From: Octopus bimaculoides
Taxonomy: Eukaryota
Reading direction: 5' to 3'
Length of the DNA stretch: 62,866 nt
NCBI RefSeq assembly: GCF_001194135.2
Contig: NC_068987.1
Span: 85,318,059-85,380,924, forward strand
In this document: piece after piece, positions 41,251 through 52,234 of the stretch
Layout of the letters: each line of letters begins with the position of its first letter
How positions within the stretch are numbered: position 1 is the first letter of the stretch
Made by a program: the position numbers and the translations under genes
The notes under the pieces: generated by a model
What the model saw: the letters and a program-made list of their open reading frames with translations, nothing else
The model's database searches: none
What the model was told of the DNA's origin: nothing

Positions 41251-41446
41251 CATGCATTTTCACTCTATATGCAGTAATGACGCATACAGTGGACATATTG
41301 AAAGAAGTCGGGGTTGTCACGGCTGGAACAACTTTGATCTTAGCTCAGCTAGAACTATATACGGCGAATCGACAGAATGTGCCTGAAGTTCTCGCTGCTG
41401 GAATGATTTTTGCCTCCCTCTCATATATATTGTGTTTTTAACCACA

Positions 41447-41538
41447 GCACGTCCATATGAAGTGTTATCTTTGGACGAATACCGCAGTAGATTTGCCTTT
41501 AAACGATGTATTTACATTTAGTATGATACATAGATGGC
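41447..41538. repeat. Unclassified interspersed repeat, second copy at 58531-58620
   Basis: AGCACGTC..GTTATCT.TGGACGAATACCGCAGTA.ATT.GCCTTT.AA.GATGTATTTAC.TT.AGTATGATA is shared by both copies. Confidence 0.75.
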
Positions 41539-41950
41539 TACTTTAGTACACACACACACACACACACATCCACATGTACTTATTTATGTAAGGACATACC
41601 CATATCTGATGCCTGGAGCGTCTGATGAATGCAGAAGCTTGGAGCTTCTGATGTATGATGTGTGTGTGTATACATGTATGTATGTATTTATGTATGTGTA
41701 TGTGCATGTGCGCGCGTGTGTTTACTGAGATAGTTGTGCATTAATACGTAGATAAAGAGATACGCACATTTAAGTGTGTGATAAATATGAACGTAAGTGA
41801 GGTAGATATAATAATTGATTACTAGAAACATCAGGTGTGATACGGAAAGATATCAGGCCTGAATCACAGAAGGACATGGCACCAACCATTTATCATCTTA
41901 TACTTACAGCTGCAGCTATCACTGTCATAATAACAAACTCATATGCCCAC

Positions 41951-42185
41951 GGGCATATGGCGTAGTGGTTAAGAGCGCGGGTTACAAACCCCAAGATTCC
42001 GAGTTCGATTCCAGGCAGTGACCTGAATAATAATAATAATGACATTAATAAGGAATGAGAACCCAGGTTCGAAATTTCCCTGAGATACCTGATGAAAGAT
42101 GGAGGGTATATCAGCAGAAACGTTGTGTTAGCAACAAACAAGATGGAGACAAATATCCGTCAAATTTATATAATGTAAATAATGT
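41951..42185 (+). mobile_element. tRNA-headed SINE with an (AAT)n linker and a PLE-type hammerhead tail
   Basis: A box TGGCGTAGTGG (41958-68), B box GAGTTCGATTCC (42001-12), (AAT)n 42026-40, then GATAC-CTGATGA-A-AGATG(10 nt)CAGCA-GAAA-CGTT|GTGTT (42084-42129). Confidence 0.75.
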
Positions 42186-42514
42186 TTATACGTCATTATC
42201 TCTTTGATTCTATGATTGAACCGCTAAGAGGTTACTGATCTGGCAATAAAGAATAGCCAAATTTCACTGAAAAGAGTAGGTAAATCTTCCATGTTAAAAT
42301 ATGTAGGCAAGATCACGCTGAATTGCGTTGTATTGTTTATTTTCATTTGGTATGAGGTGTAGCATTTACAACATGCATCATAACCACAGATCAATTCTGA
42401 GAAAATGATTTTATGAAATAATTTTCGAAAATCATGCTACTACAAGCACCAAATCGCAATCCTTTCAACCTGGAGCATTATTTTAACTCCTTTCTTACGC
42501 CAAATTTCCAGAAA

Positions 42515-42925
42515 GGCGCAGGTGTTGCTGTGTGGTGAGAAGCTTACTTCCCAATCACATGGTTCCGGGTTCAGTCCCACTGCGTGGCACCTTGGGCAAG
42601 TGTCTCCTACTATAGCCTCGGGCCGACCAAAGCCTTGTAAATGGATTTGGTAGACGGAAACTGAAAGAAGCCTGTCGTATATTTGTATATTTATCTATGT
42701 GTCTGTGACTCTGTGTGTTTGTGTTTGTGTCTCACCACCGCTCAATATACGGTGTTGGTTTGTTTACATCCCCATAACCGAGCGATTCGTCAAGAAGCAT
42801 CGATAGAATAAGAACCAGGCTTTAAAAAACTACTGGGATCGAGTCATTTGACTAACAATTCAATGTGGTGCTCCAGCATGTCCTCAGTCTAATGACTAAA
42901 ACAAGTAAAAAATAAGAAATAAAAG
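42515..42925 (+). mobile_element. SINE family A, full length
   Basis: GGCGCAGGTGTTGCTGTGTGGTGAG head through ..GACTAAAACAAGTAAAA tail. Confidence 0.9.
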
Positions 42926-43249
42926 ATAAATATATCAGGGCGGTAAAAATCACAACCAGATACTTTAAAATATTTCGGTTATGAAAGAATCGTTGCATTT
43001 GCACAGTGATGGAGTCTTTTCGCGGTCGTTCGATTCGCTAAAAATAGCAACACAATATAGAAATATGCACGATAGCAATAAGATCTCAACAAGCATGCAA
43101 CGGGGAGAATTTAGTCTTTAACCACACAAGAAACAGTAGCCAAATTTGCCTCAAATTTTATATCCTTTTGTCTTAAAATTAGGGCATACGTAATGCATTT
43201 TGTCTGATTTTTTTATTCTAAGGATTTTGTCCCAAACAAGGCTTGAGGC

Positions 43250-43520
43250 CACCCTAGTGTAAGGGACGACAAAGAAGTAAAAGAAGGGGCCAACGAAGTC
43301 AAAAGATGGCGAATGACAGAAACCGAAAAGGACTGAATATCGTAGACCAGAGGAAAACAAGACGACGGTAGAGAGATCTGGAGAGCAGTAGTTCGAGGAA
43401 AAAATATATTAAAATACAAGAAACCATCACTAACAGGAAACACAACTGAGAAACGATGCCTTCTGAGAAGAAAAGCAGGTGATATAATTGAAAGTTTTGA
43501 CATGGGATAATAGACCAGGA
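43250..43520 (-). mobile_element. CR1/L2-group LINE 3' fragment
   Basis: RHRFSVVFPVS..YFNIFFPRTTALQISLPSSCFPLVYDIQSFSVSVIRHL matches the SFFPRT..LWNSLP...F....FK..V C-terminal motif. Confidence 0.7.
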
Positions 43521-43589
43521 ATTTCCTCAGAGCAATAACCATGCGAATACATAGAGAAGAAACACACATACATACACTCTCCGGCACAC

Positions 43590-43757
43590 CTATATTTACG
43601 ACGGAATTCTATAAAGTTTCCGTCTACCAATTTCACTCACAAAGCAATGGTAACCTGGAGCTATAGTAGAAAGCACTTACGTAAGTTAAAACGATGTGGA
43701 ACTGAACTCGAAACCACGTCCTCTTGGTTGGAAAGCTAGCTTCTTAAATACACAACG
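43590..43757 (-). mobile_element. SINE family A, 5' half, diverged
   Basis: TTTCCGTCTACCAA.TTCACTCACAAAGC..GGAACTGAACTCG. Confidence 0.7.
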
Positions 43758-43784
43758 ATTGTCTATTTGGATAATATAATCTTC

Positions 43785-44110
43785 TTGGCACTTCGTCGGT
43801 TACGACGACGAGGGTTCCATTTGATCCGATCAACGGAACAGCCTGCTCGTGAAATTAACGTGTATCCTTAACGTAGTTCTTGGGGAGTGTGACAAGGCTG
43901 ACCCTTTAAAATACAGGTACAACAGAAACAGGAATAAAGAAAGTTACGGTGAAAGAGTACAGCAGAGTTCGCCACCATCCCCTACCGGAGCCTCGTGGAA
44001 CTTTAGGTGTTTTTGCTCAATAAACACTCACAACGCCCGGTCTGGGAATCGAAACAGCGATCCTACGACCGCGAGTCAGCTGCCCTAACCACTGGGCCAT
44101 TGCGCATCCA
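43785..44110 (-). mobile_element. SINE family C
   Basis: Colinear with 741-1122, with small internal deletions. Confidence 0.85.
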
Positions 44111-44389
44111 CGGATACTATAATGATGGATCACTAATTCACTGGCCGTCAATTCAGTTTTACCGTAAATTATTGCTGCTGCCGTTGTTGCAGTTGTTGTA
44201 GAGTGTTCTTTCGTCCTAGGACAGACTTAATAAAAGCAGATCCGTGATTAAAAGCATTTCGTACTTTGACCAACCATATTCGATTTTTTGATTCATCATC
44301 GAAAAGCATCTTCGTTGAGTCGTTTCTATAAATAATTCCATGGCAATTTTTCATGTGAACATTATAGTCTAGTATCCTCTGTCAAGTCC

Positions 44390-44610
44390 TTTAAACGTGT
44401 CACCTGCTTGTCTTCTCAGACGCAGTAATTTTCTGTTAAACTTCGCATTAGTCATAAGATTTTTCATTCACATACCCTCTTTCCTCGAACTGGTGCTTTC
44501 TGGAACTCATTACCGTCGTCTTGTTTGCCTCTGGTCTATGATATCCAGTCCTTTAAGATTTCAGTCATTCTACATCCTTTGAATTTGTAGGCTTCTTTTT
44601 CTTCCTTTGT
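44390..44610 (+). mobile_element. CR1/L2-group LINE 3' fragment, same family as 43250-43520
   Basis: TLFPRTGAFWNSLPSSCLPLVYDIQSFKISV. Confidence 0.7.
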
Positions 44611-45626
44611 AGTTACTTACGGTAGAGTGACCTCAAAGAGAAAAAAGTTATATAACGCTAAATAACCAGAAACAAACTTCTACATTCAGTCCAAATCCTT
44701 TTTCGTTGTTCTTTATCGCTTACTCTTTTATACTTTATAATTCTTTCTGGAGTAGGTTCCGTAAATTTATTCGGTCATTTGCCGCGCGTGAAATGCATTC
44801 AACCATTTATTTACCACGTCCATTTCAATTTGAGACCCAAATATCTGAGGAGACCACTTTTCATACTTTGCATGTTTATTATAACAAATACAACGGGGCG
44901 TTTCACCATTGCTAGTAATTCAACACAGCCTTTGGTTTATCTAATAATATGATAATGAAAGAAAGCTTAACTTTTATCTCTTATGTGTAATTTATAACCA
45001 AATCTTAGGAAGGTGATTTAGTTCCAAATTTTCAACAAAAAACCGTTTGTTTCTTGCTTAATGAACTGAAACTAAATAATTTGATTGTTTCTCAATGAAA
45101 TAAATTGTATTAAAAATATAGAAGTTTTATTCGCTTAATGTTTATATATGTAAACTCGTCATATTTTTGCAGTTGTGAAGAAAAGAATGGAGCGTAGATT
45201 AAATAATCCGAGCCCAGAGGAATATGTGAGAATATTCGAGGAAAAAAAATGTGATTAAAATAGCCAACATTTTTGTTGCATGGATATGTTTGTATAATAT
45301 AATAATGTTTTCTTTGTGTGTCACGAAAATAGCAAAGGTACGGAAGGCTAGATAAGTAATTAGAGAATAAGAACTATCTTAGATATTTCTTTTTTTTTTT
45401 TTTCTACACTTTTCTCCGTTTTTTTCTTTATGTTTCTCTCTCATTTCTCTCTTCTAATTATGACGACAACAGCGACGACAATGATGATGACGAGGATGAT
45501 GATCATGATGATTATGATGATGATTATAATGATGATAATGATCATCATCATCATTATTATAATCATTATAATCGGCACCATCATCATCACCTTCATCTTC
45601 TTCTTCATACTATTATTAATATTACC

Positions 45627-45860
45627 AAGGCGACGAGCTGGCAGAAAAGTTAGCACGGCGGGAAAAATGCTACGCAGTATATCGTCTGTCTTTACGTTCT
45701 GAGTTCAAATTCCGCCGAGGTCGACTTTGCTTTTCATCCATTCGGGGTCGATTAAATAAGTACCAGTTACGCACTGGAGTCGATATAATCGACTAGCCCC
45801 TTCCCCCAAAATTTCGAACCTGTACCTAGAGAAGAAAAGATTATTATTATTATTATTATT
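45627..45860 (+). mobile_element. SINE family B with a (TTA)n tail
   Basis: Near-consensus head AAGGCGACGAGCTGGCAGAA, B box GAGTTCAAATTCC, tail ..AGAAGAAAAGA(TTA)n. Confidence 0.9.
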
Positions 45861-46153
45861 GCCTTTGCACAGCTTCTAATGCTGGAGATGCACTACGGTG
45901 TCAGCTGTTCACTACCAGTGAACTAATGTAACACTTCTTATTTTTCGAGCACCTTCCGGAGTATTCGAGCGGTTCCAAGCAGTGCTGTTTTCTGCAAGTA
46001 CTCCACCCTTATTGCAGCCCCTATTTGTTCCACGTACTTCTCAAGATTTTTACTTATTGTTCCCAGGGCTCCGACAATTATTGGTACTACTGCTACCTTT
46101 TTCATCGACCACAACTGCTTAACTTCCCAAGCTAACCTGTCATATCTCTCGAC

Positions 46154-46156
<3 letters not shown>
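45861..46156 (-). mobile_element. 5'-truncated R4-clade (Dong-like) non-LTR retrotransposon inserted in (TAA)n
   Basis: Uninterrupted frame 46156-45938 KVERYDRLAWEVKQLWSMKKVAVVPIIVGALGTISKNLEKYVEQIGAAIRVEYLQKTALLGTARILRKVLEK* is the RLE C-terminus of R4/Dong elements. It has a 77-nt 3' UTR and (TTA)n on both sides. Confidence 0.85.
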
Positions 46157-46210
<54 letters not shown>

Positions 46211-46594
46211 TTTTTGTCTACCTTTTCTTCTGTTTTCCATCCATTTTGTTTTCTTTTTATTTCATGAAATCTACGTGGAATTTCTGTTCTTTTGAAATGT
46301 TGTACATCAAATATTTCATTCAACGTTAATATCAGCAAGTTGAGATCTGGCACATTTGTTTTTATTTATTTATGTATTTTTTTACCTTTTTTTTATTTGT
46401 TTTGCTTTGATGTTCAAAACAAGCAACTGAATTTCCCCCGAGAAATGTCCAGGTGCTTCTGCTAAAATTAAAATTAAATGATATAACGATGGTGATTAAA
46501 ATAATAGTAACAATGATGATGATGATGATGTTGATGATGATGAGGAGGAGGAGGATGATGGTAGTGTTGGTGGTAATGATGATGGTGATGATGG

Positions 46595-46625
<31 letters not shown>

Positions 46626-46766
46626 AAGTGGAATATAAAGAAACAAAAAAAAAGGAAGTAGAAGAAAGGAGAAGAATATTGTAAATAATAATAAAACTAA
46701 ATAATTTATTTATTACTAAATCTACTTAAATATAGTATTACAGTATAGCAAAATTGTGTGTGTGTG

Positions 46767-46815
<49 letters not shown>

Positions 46816-46825
46816 NNNNNNNNNN

Positions 46826-47069
46826 TGAAGCTCCGGCTGTACTCTTTCACCACAACTTCCTCTCACTGTTTCTTCCTGTTTCTGTTGTACTTGTATTTCA
46901 AAGAGCCAGCCTTGTCACACTCTGTGTCACGCTGAATCTCCCCGAGAACTACGTTAAGGGGACACGTGTCTGTGGAATGCCAAGCCATTTGCTCGTTAAT
47001 TTCACGAGTTGGCTGTTCCGTTGATTGGATCAACTGGAACCCACGTTATAGTAACCGACGAAGTTCCAC
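46826..47069 (+). mobile_element. SINE family C, 3' part after a gap
   Basis: Reverse complement of the 741-1000 segment. Confidence 0.85.
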
Positions 47070-47086
47070 GATGTATATATATATAT

Positions 47087-47204
47087 CAGTCAGCGGTTAC
47101 AGGCATCAGCCACGTTCGGTTGGTGCTTTTTACGTGCCAACAGCACGAGAGGCAGTCAGGGAGTGCTGGTATCAGCTACGTTCGGATGGTGCTTTTCACG
47201 TGCC
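47087..47204. repeat. Tandem 66-bp units (1.8 copies)
   Basis: CAGTCAG..ATCAGC.ACGTTCGG.TGGTGCTTTT.ACGTGCC at 47087 and 47153. Confidence 0.8.
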
Positions 47205-47223
47205 GCATTCTGCATTCGGATAC

Positions 47224-47278
47224 CTGCGTCTGAAGAGTTAGGTTTCGGTAAAAACACCTACGAAACTAAGTTGCATGG
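47224..47278 (+). ncRNA. Candidate type I hammerhead ribozyme
   Basis: CCUGCGU-CUGAAGA-G(U)UAGGU(12 nt)ACCUAC-GAAA-C(UAA)G-UU|GCAUGG. Core intact, 6-bp stem II with one bulge, imperfect stem I, GUU site. Confidence 0.5.
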
Positions 47279-48324
47279 AGTCGAATCAAACTGTTCTAAA
47301 TAATATATATATCTCCTACTAAATGAGTAGTGTGTATAATATACTTTAGATATATATATNNNNNNNNNNNNNNNNNNNNNNNNNNNNNNNNNNNNNNNNN
47401 NNNNNNNNNNNNNNNNNNNNNNNNNNNNNNNNNNNNNNNNNNNNNNNNNNNNNNNNNNNNNNNNNNNNNNNNNNNNNNNNNNNNNNNNNNNNNNNNNNNN
47501 NNNNNNNNNNNNNNNNNNNNNNNNNNNNNNNNNNNNNNNNNNNNNNNNNNNNNNNNNNNNNNNNNNNNNNNNNNNNNNNNNNNNNNNNNNNNNNNNNNNN
47601 NNNNNNNNNNNNNNTTAATATATTTGGCTCTTGCTGATAGAGAAAAACGGTGATTAAAAAATCACTGATGTCGCAATTAACCAGCAGCTTGAATAGAAAA
47701 TTGCAACGGAAGCAGTGTTAGTTTAGTTTAAAAGAGCAATCTTTACGTCCATATTTAAAGCAAATATACAGATGAAAGCCTAGAAACTGCGGTATTTGTC
47801 TCGAGAAAGCTTCCGTTATAGACTTACTATGTTAAATCTCAGAAATGCATTAGGAGCAGAAGAGCAGTTTCCAACAACGGTAATGGCATTCCAGCTATTT
47901 CATTCTTATTTTTTTACTTCTTTTTTTTTTTTTTTTTTCAGATTTTATCCATGCATCGGTGTTACTTGTAATCCTAGATATCAGGTGGCTGCTCATTTGA
48001 AAAGGAAACTGCTTTTCAGCATAAAGTACAGCATCGAAACAATGCCCTGCACATTCAGTGCAAGGCCAGTTGCTATAAGCACATTTTGCGCATGTCAACA
48101 TTGGTTATCAGTCTGCACTCTCGGTCCTATTTGCTGGTAAATAGAACCGGGAGTTTTACATCGCTGTGTTCTTTGTCTTTCGTTGATGTTGGCGTGCTGT
48201 ATCAGTTCGACACATTGTGCTATTAGTGGCTATCGTTACATGATAGATATCTACTGCTGTTATTTCATTTGATGGATATTAACTGTTATATCTCATTTGC
48301 TTTTCATCAAAATTGCGTGTTTAA

Positions 48325-48437
48325 AAGACCGATAGGCTTACAAAGAATAAGTCCTGGGGGTCGATTTGCTCGACTAAAGGTGGTGCTCCAGCATGGCCGC
48401 AGTCATATGGCTGAAACAAGTAAAAGAGAAAAGAGAT
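48325..48437 (+). mobile_element. SINE family A, 3' part
   Basis: GGCTTACAAAGAATAAGTCCTGGGG.TCGATTTGCTCGACTAAAGG..GAAACAAGTAAAAGAG. Confidence 0.85.
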
Positions 48438-48667
48438 ATGCCTAATGTCTTTGGTTGCTGTTATTGTTTAGCCCCCGGTCAGCCTTTATCCAGCATACCT
48501 ATCATCAAAGGAATTTCAGTTGCGACCGTCCAACTTTTGTAAAGATATCCAGAATTATATTATCTGATATGTTATGTTCTTATATGAAGCAGTAGGATGT
48601 GATTTTAGGAGAAACTGCCTGCTATTTCTAGCAGACAAAGCGGCTCCATGCAGACGGTTTTTCGAAT

Positions 48668-48878
48668 ATATCGATCTCAGTAACTGTCGGCACCAGTACG
48701 CAACTGGGACTTGATTTATCGACCCCGAAAGGATAAAAGGCAAAATCGATCGCTGCAGAATTCGAACTCAGAATGTAGCGACGGGCGAAGTACCACCAAG
48801 TATATCGTCCTGTGTGCTGTCGGTTCTGCCAGTTCGCCGCCATCTTAATAATAACGACGACAACAGCAACAACAAAAA

Positions 48879-48917
<39 letters not shown>

Positions 48918-48933
48918 AAACAACAACAACAAC

Positions 48934-48996
<63 letters not shown>

Positions 48997-49195
48997 CCTT
49001 TATGCCGTAGGTTCAAAGCCTGATATTTGAAGGGAGGAGCATAATCAATTACATCGATTCCGCTGTTCCACTGGTACTTCATCGATTCCAAAAGGATGAC
49101 AGGCAAAGGCAAATTCAGCAGAATTTTAACTCAAAACATAAAAGCAGACGAAATACTACCAAGAATTTTTACCGGCGCTCTAACTATTCTGCCAT
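48668..49195 (-). mobile_element. Two family B SINEs separated by an (AAC)n/(AAT)n tract
   Basis: Copies at about 48668-48843 and 49000-49195; microsatellite at 48845-48996. Confidence 0.8.
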
Positions 49196-49817
49196 TTCTT
49201 TTTCTGATATTATCATTAACGTAAGAAATTATTAATTAGGTCGGTGATAGCGAGCAGGTTAGTGCAAGCGCTACGTTGCCACCAGCCAGTTAAATCATGA
49301 CATATTTCCAATTCCCTGTGGAAGCCACTTCACTGCATGTAATTCCAGTTCTTGGTAGAAGCCATTTCACTGCAACGTGGTTCCAATCCACGATTGAAAA
49401 CCACTTCATTTATACTGCAAACGACCTCATGGAAACAATCATGAACCATCACGTTGACCATTTCATTAAGATTGCGACTAGTTGGCTGAATCCGGTATAA
49501 CGGCTTTTACTTTATGTTCCTTCATTGTTCAAAAGCCTTTAGGGTCGATTTAAAAATGCATTCTCGGGAATCGGTAAAACGTTGAGATGGAATTTGTTGT
49601 GATCGAAAACACCAGCACCTTCACTGCAAGATAAGAGGAATATATTATTTAAAAAGAGAGTGAAAAAGACAGAGAGCGCGGGAGAAAGAGACAGAGAAGA
49701 GAGAAAAGGATAGTGATGTAATTAGACAGTGAAATGGCTTTTTTTTTTTTGCTATTGTTGCGCAGTCTCAGTTAGTCTTGATCTAACAGCTCTGTCTTCA
49801 TTGTAATCAATCTCTTC

Positions 49818-50020
49818 TAAGGCGATTAGCTGGCTGAAACGTTAGCACAATGGGAAAAATGCTTATCGGCATTTCGTCCGTCTTTACGTTCTGAGTTCAA
49901 ATTCCGCCGAGGTCAAATTTGCTTTTCATCCTTACGAGGTCGATAAAATAAGAACCAGTTGAACGCTGGAGTCGCCCTACTTCTCCCCGAGATTGCCGGA
50001 CTAGTACCGAAATTTCTGGA
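49818..50020 (+). mobile_element. SINE family B
   Basis: AAGGCGATTAGCTGGCTGAAACG head, GAGTTCAAATTCC B box. Confidence 0.8.
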
Positions 50021-50134
50021 CATTACTGTCTCAAGCTCTCGGACTCATAAGACTGGTTACTCGGCTTATAATTGGCCGAAATCACAACACTATTCTATGA
50101 ACGGGACACATGTCCATCGCAGGGTAACTTCTCT

Positions 50135-50270
50135 ATAGCTGAGCGCACTGAAACAACGTTAAATGAAATGCTTTGCTCATGAATACAACACACTACTCGG
50201 TCCGGGAATCGAAGCTATGATGCTGAGATTGGGAGCGCAACACCCTTAACCATTGGGCCACATGCCCTCA
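50135..50270 (-). mobile_element. SINE family D head region
   Basis: AGCTGAGCGCACTG..GCTCATGAATACAAC..GGGAATCGAAGC..CCTTAACCATTGGGCCACATGCCCTC. Confidence 0.65.
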
Positions 50271-50347
50271 CAATAAGCTTAAAGTACATAGAAAATTGTT
50301 TACTGTTGTTTTTCTCGTTTAATTATCCACTTCACCATGTTGGTTGA

Positions 50348-50461
50348 TTGGCACTCTGTCGGTTACGACGTCGAAGATTCCAGTTGATCCGATCAACGGA
50401 ACAGCCTTCTCTTGAAATTAACGAGTTCGCTGCCCTAACCACTGGGCCGTTGTGCCTCCAC
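50348..50461 (-). mobile_element. SINE family C with a large internal deletion
   Basis: Tail (to GAAATTAACG) joined directly to the head (AGTTCGCTGCCCTAACCACTGGGCC). Confidence 0.8.
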
Positions 50462-51333
50462 TTCACCATAATCAAGCAGATATATAAACAAATGGTTTCC
50501 CCACTGAGATTGTGAAGCCGTTTTGGTGCATTTAAAACTGTATTGTTCAGGGTGTTTTGTGATTTTTAGAAGTCAGTATAACAGCAATTTGCAGGTAATT
50601 TGGCGTGTTACCCTTTTTTTTTAATTCACTATTTGATGTTTAATTAAAACAATATTTTTTTTTTACCGGAAGAAAAGAAATAAAAAAATTAAAAGTATAA
50701 AACATCAAATTATCGAAAAAAAAAAAAGCCATAACTACTTCAATGAGGGAACAAAAAAAAAGTAAAGAAGCAAGGATTAAGTAGAATGCGGATGGGAGTG
50801 GGGTGGGAATAATGAGTTGTACACGCCAGAAAAATGGCGTGTCTGACGCCCCACACGGACATGACTGCAAAGACATTGCAGCGGAGAATGGCCAGCAAAA
50901 CTCACTGCACCAGTCATCCCACCTCGTGCGGCACATTTCTCAGACGGGCCGCAGTTATTTCGATTGTGCTGAGGAAATCGGCAATGTGATGTCCGAGAAC
51001 ATTTGAGGTCTCGATGGCGACCGGCACAAACTGAGAGCGGCCAGTCTCCGTTGGGTCACGGGAAGCGATACCTTGTTTTGCGGCCGATGCGGCAAGGCCG
51101 GAGCCGGAGAACCATGATGATCAGGCGTTATTTTCTATTCTTTACCTGCTGGTTAAAACAGTTGAATAATCAATCGAATTAAACGGTGTATTCCGTAGAT
51201 TCAATGCTCTAAACACACTATGACTCAGCCTACAAAAGGAACATTCTGAACGACTGTGGATTCCGTATGTGAAACATCGCTAGTAGTTAACATGTCTCCC
51301 GCTGTTCCATACTTTACGCAAAAGATATAAAAT

Positions 51334-51550
51334 ATTCGATTGGTGCATAATTATTGCGGCTTTTTTTACAAGAAATTTTATCCAACAATAACAATATTTA
51401 ACAAAAACATCTTTAAATGACGGTCAGACCGTCTAACAAGCAAATGGGAAGTAGTGATTGATGTAGATGGTGAATATGCTCCAGAATAATCATTTAAAGA
51501 TGTTTTTGTTACATGTTATCGTTTTTGTTGAATAAAATTTGTTGAAATAA

Positions 51551-51560
<10 letters not shown>
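51334..51560 (+). mobile_element. Non-autonomous mariner derivative with long inverted arms
   Basis: Hsmar1-like terminus TATTCGATTGGTGCATAATTATTGCGGC. Perfect 22-bp inverted repeat 51399-51420 / 51490-51511. The spacer encodes DRLTSKWEVVIDVDGEYAPE*, the mariner C-terminus. Confidence 0.8.
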
Positions 51561-51582
<22 letters not shown>

Positions 51583-51605
51583 TAATAAATAATAATAACT
51601 GTGTA

Positions 51606-51769
51606 GGCGTAGGAGTGGCGGTGTGGTAAGTAGCTTGCTTATCAGCCACATGGTTCCGGGTTCAGTCCCATGCGTTGCACTTTGGCCAAGTGTCTTCTAC
51701 TACAACCTCGAGCCGACCAAAGACTTGTGAGTGGATTTGGTAGACGGAAACTGAATGAAGCCCGTCGTC

Positions 51770-51806
<37 letters not shown>

Positions 51807-52024
51807 NNNNNNNNNNTGTGTCTGTGTTTGTCCCCCCAACATCGCTCGACAACCGATGGTGGTGTGTTTACGTACCCGCAACTTAGCGGTTCGGCCAAAG
51901 AGACTGATAGAATAAGTACTAGGCTTACAAAGAATAAGTCCTGGGGTCGATTTGCTCGACTAAAGATGGTGCTCCAGCATGACCGCAGTCAAAATGACTG
52001 AAAGAAGTAAAAAAGTAAAAGAGT
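51606..52024 (+). mobile_element. SINE family A, full length, near consensus
   Basis: GGCGTAGGAGTGGCGGTGTGGTAAG head; internal (TA)n contains a 10-N gap; AGTAAAAGAGT tail. Confidence 0.9.
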
Positions 52025-52046
52025 AACGTCAGCAAAAAGAAGACTA

Positions 52047-52210
52047 CCTTAGGAACGAACGAGTGCCCCATTATTCAAATAAAGGCTCGGGTTTGAAATT
52101 TCACCTGAACACCTGATGTAGGCTGGAGACAACATCATCCGAAACTTGTGGTAACAATAATCAAGATGTGGACACCCATCCGTCCAATGTAAATAGTGTA
52201 AATAATTCCT
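52047..52210 (+). mobile_element. Relative of the 42050-42185 hammerhead tail, without a tRNA head
   Basis: GGTTTGAAATTTC..AACAC-CTGATGT-A-GGCTG(10 nt)CATCC-GAAA-CTT|GTGGT..CAAGATG..ATCCGTCCAATGTAAATA aligns with 42066-42185. Confidence 0.65.
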
Positions 52211-52234
52211 TATCTCAAAAATATAGAACAACAT

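Noticed and set aside
41600-41660. Repeated CTGATG motifs (CTGATGAATGCAGAAG)
   Set aside because: No stem II and no GAAA/NUH arrangement; not a hammerhead.
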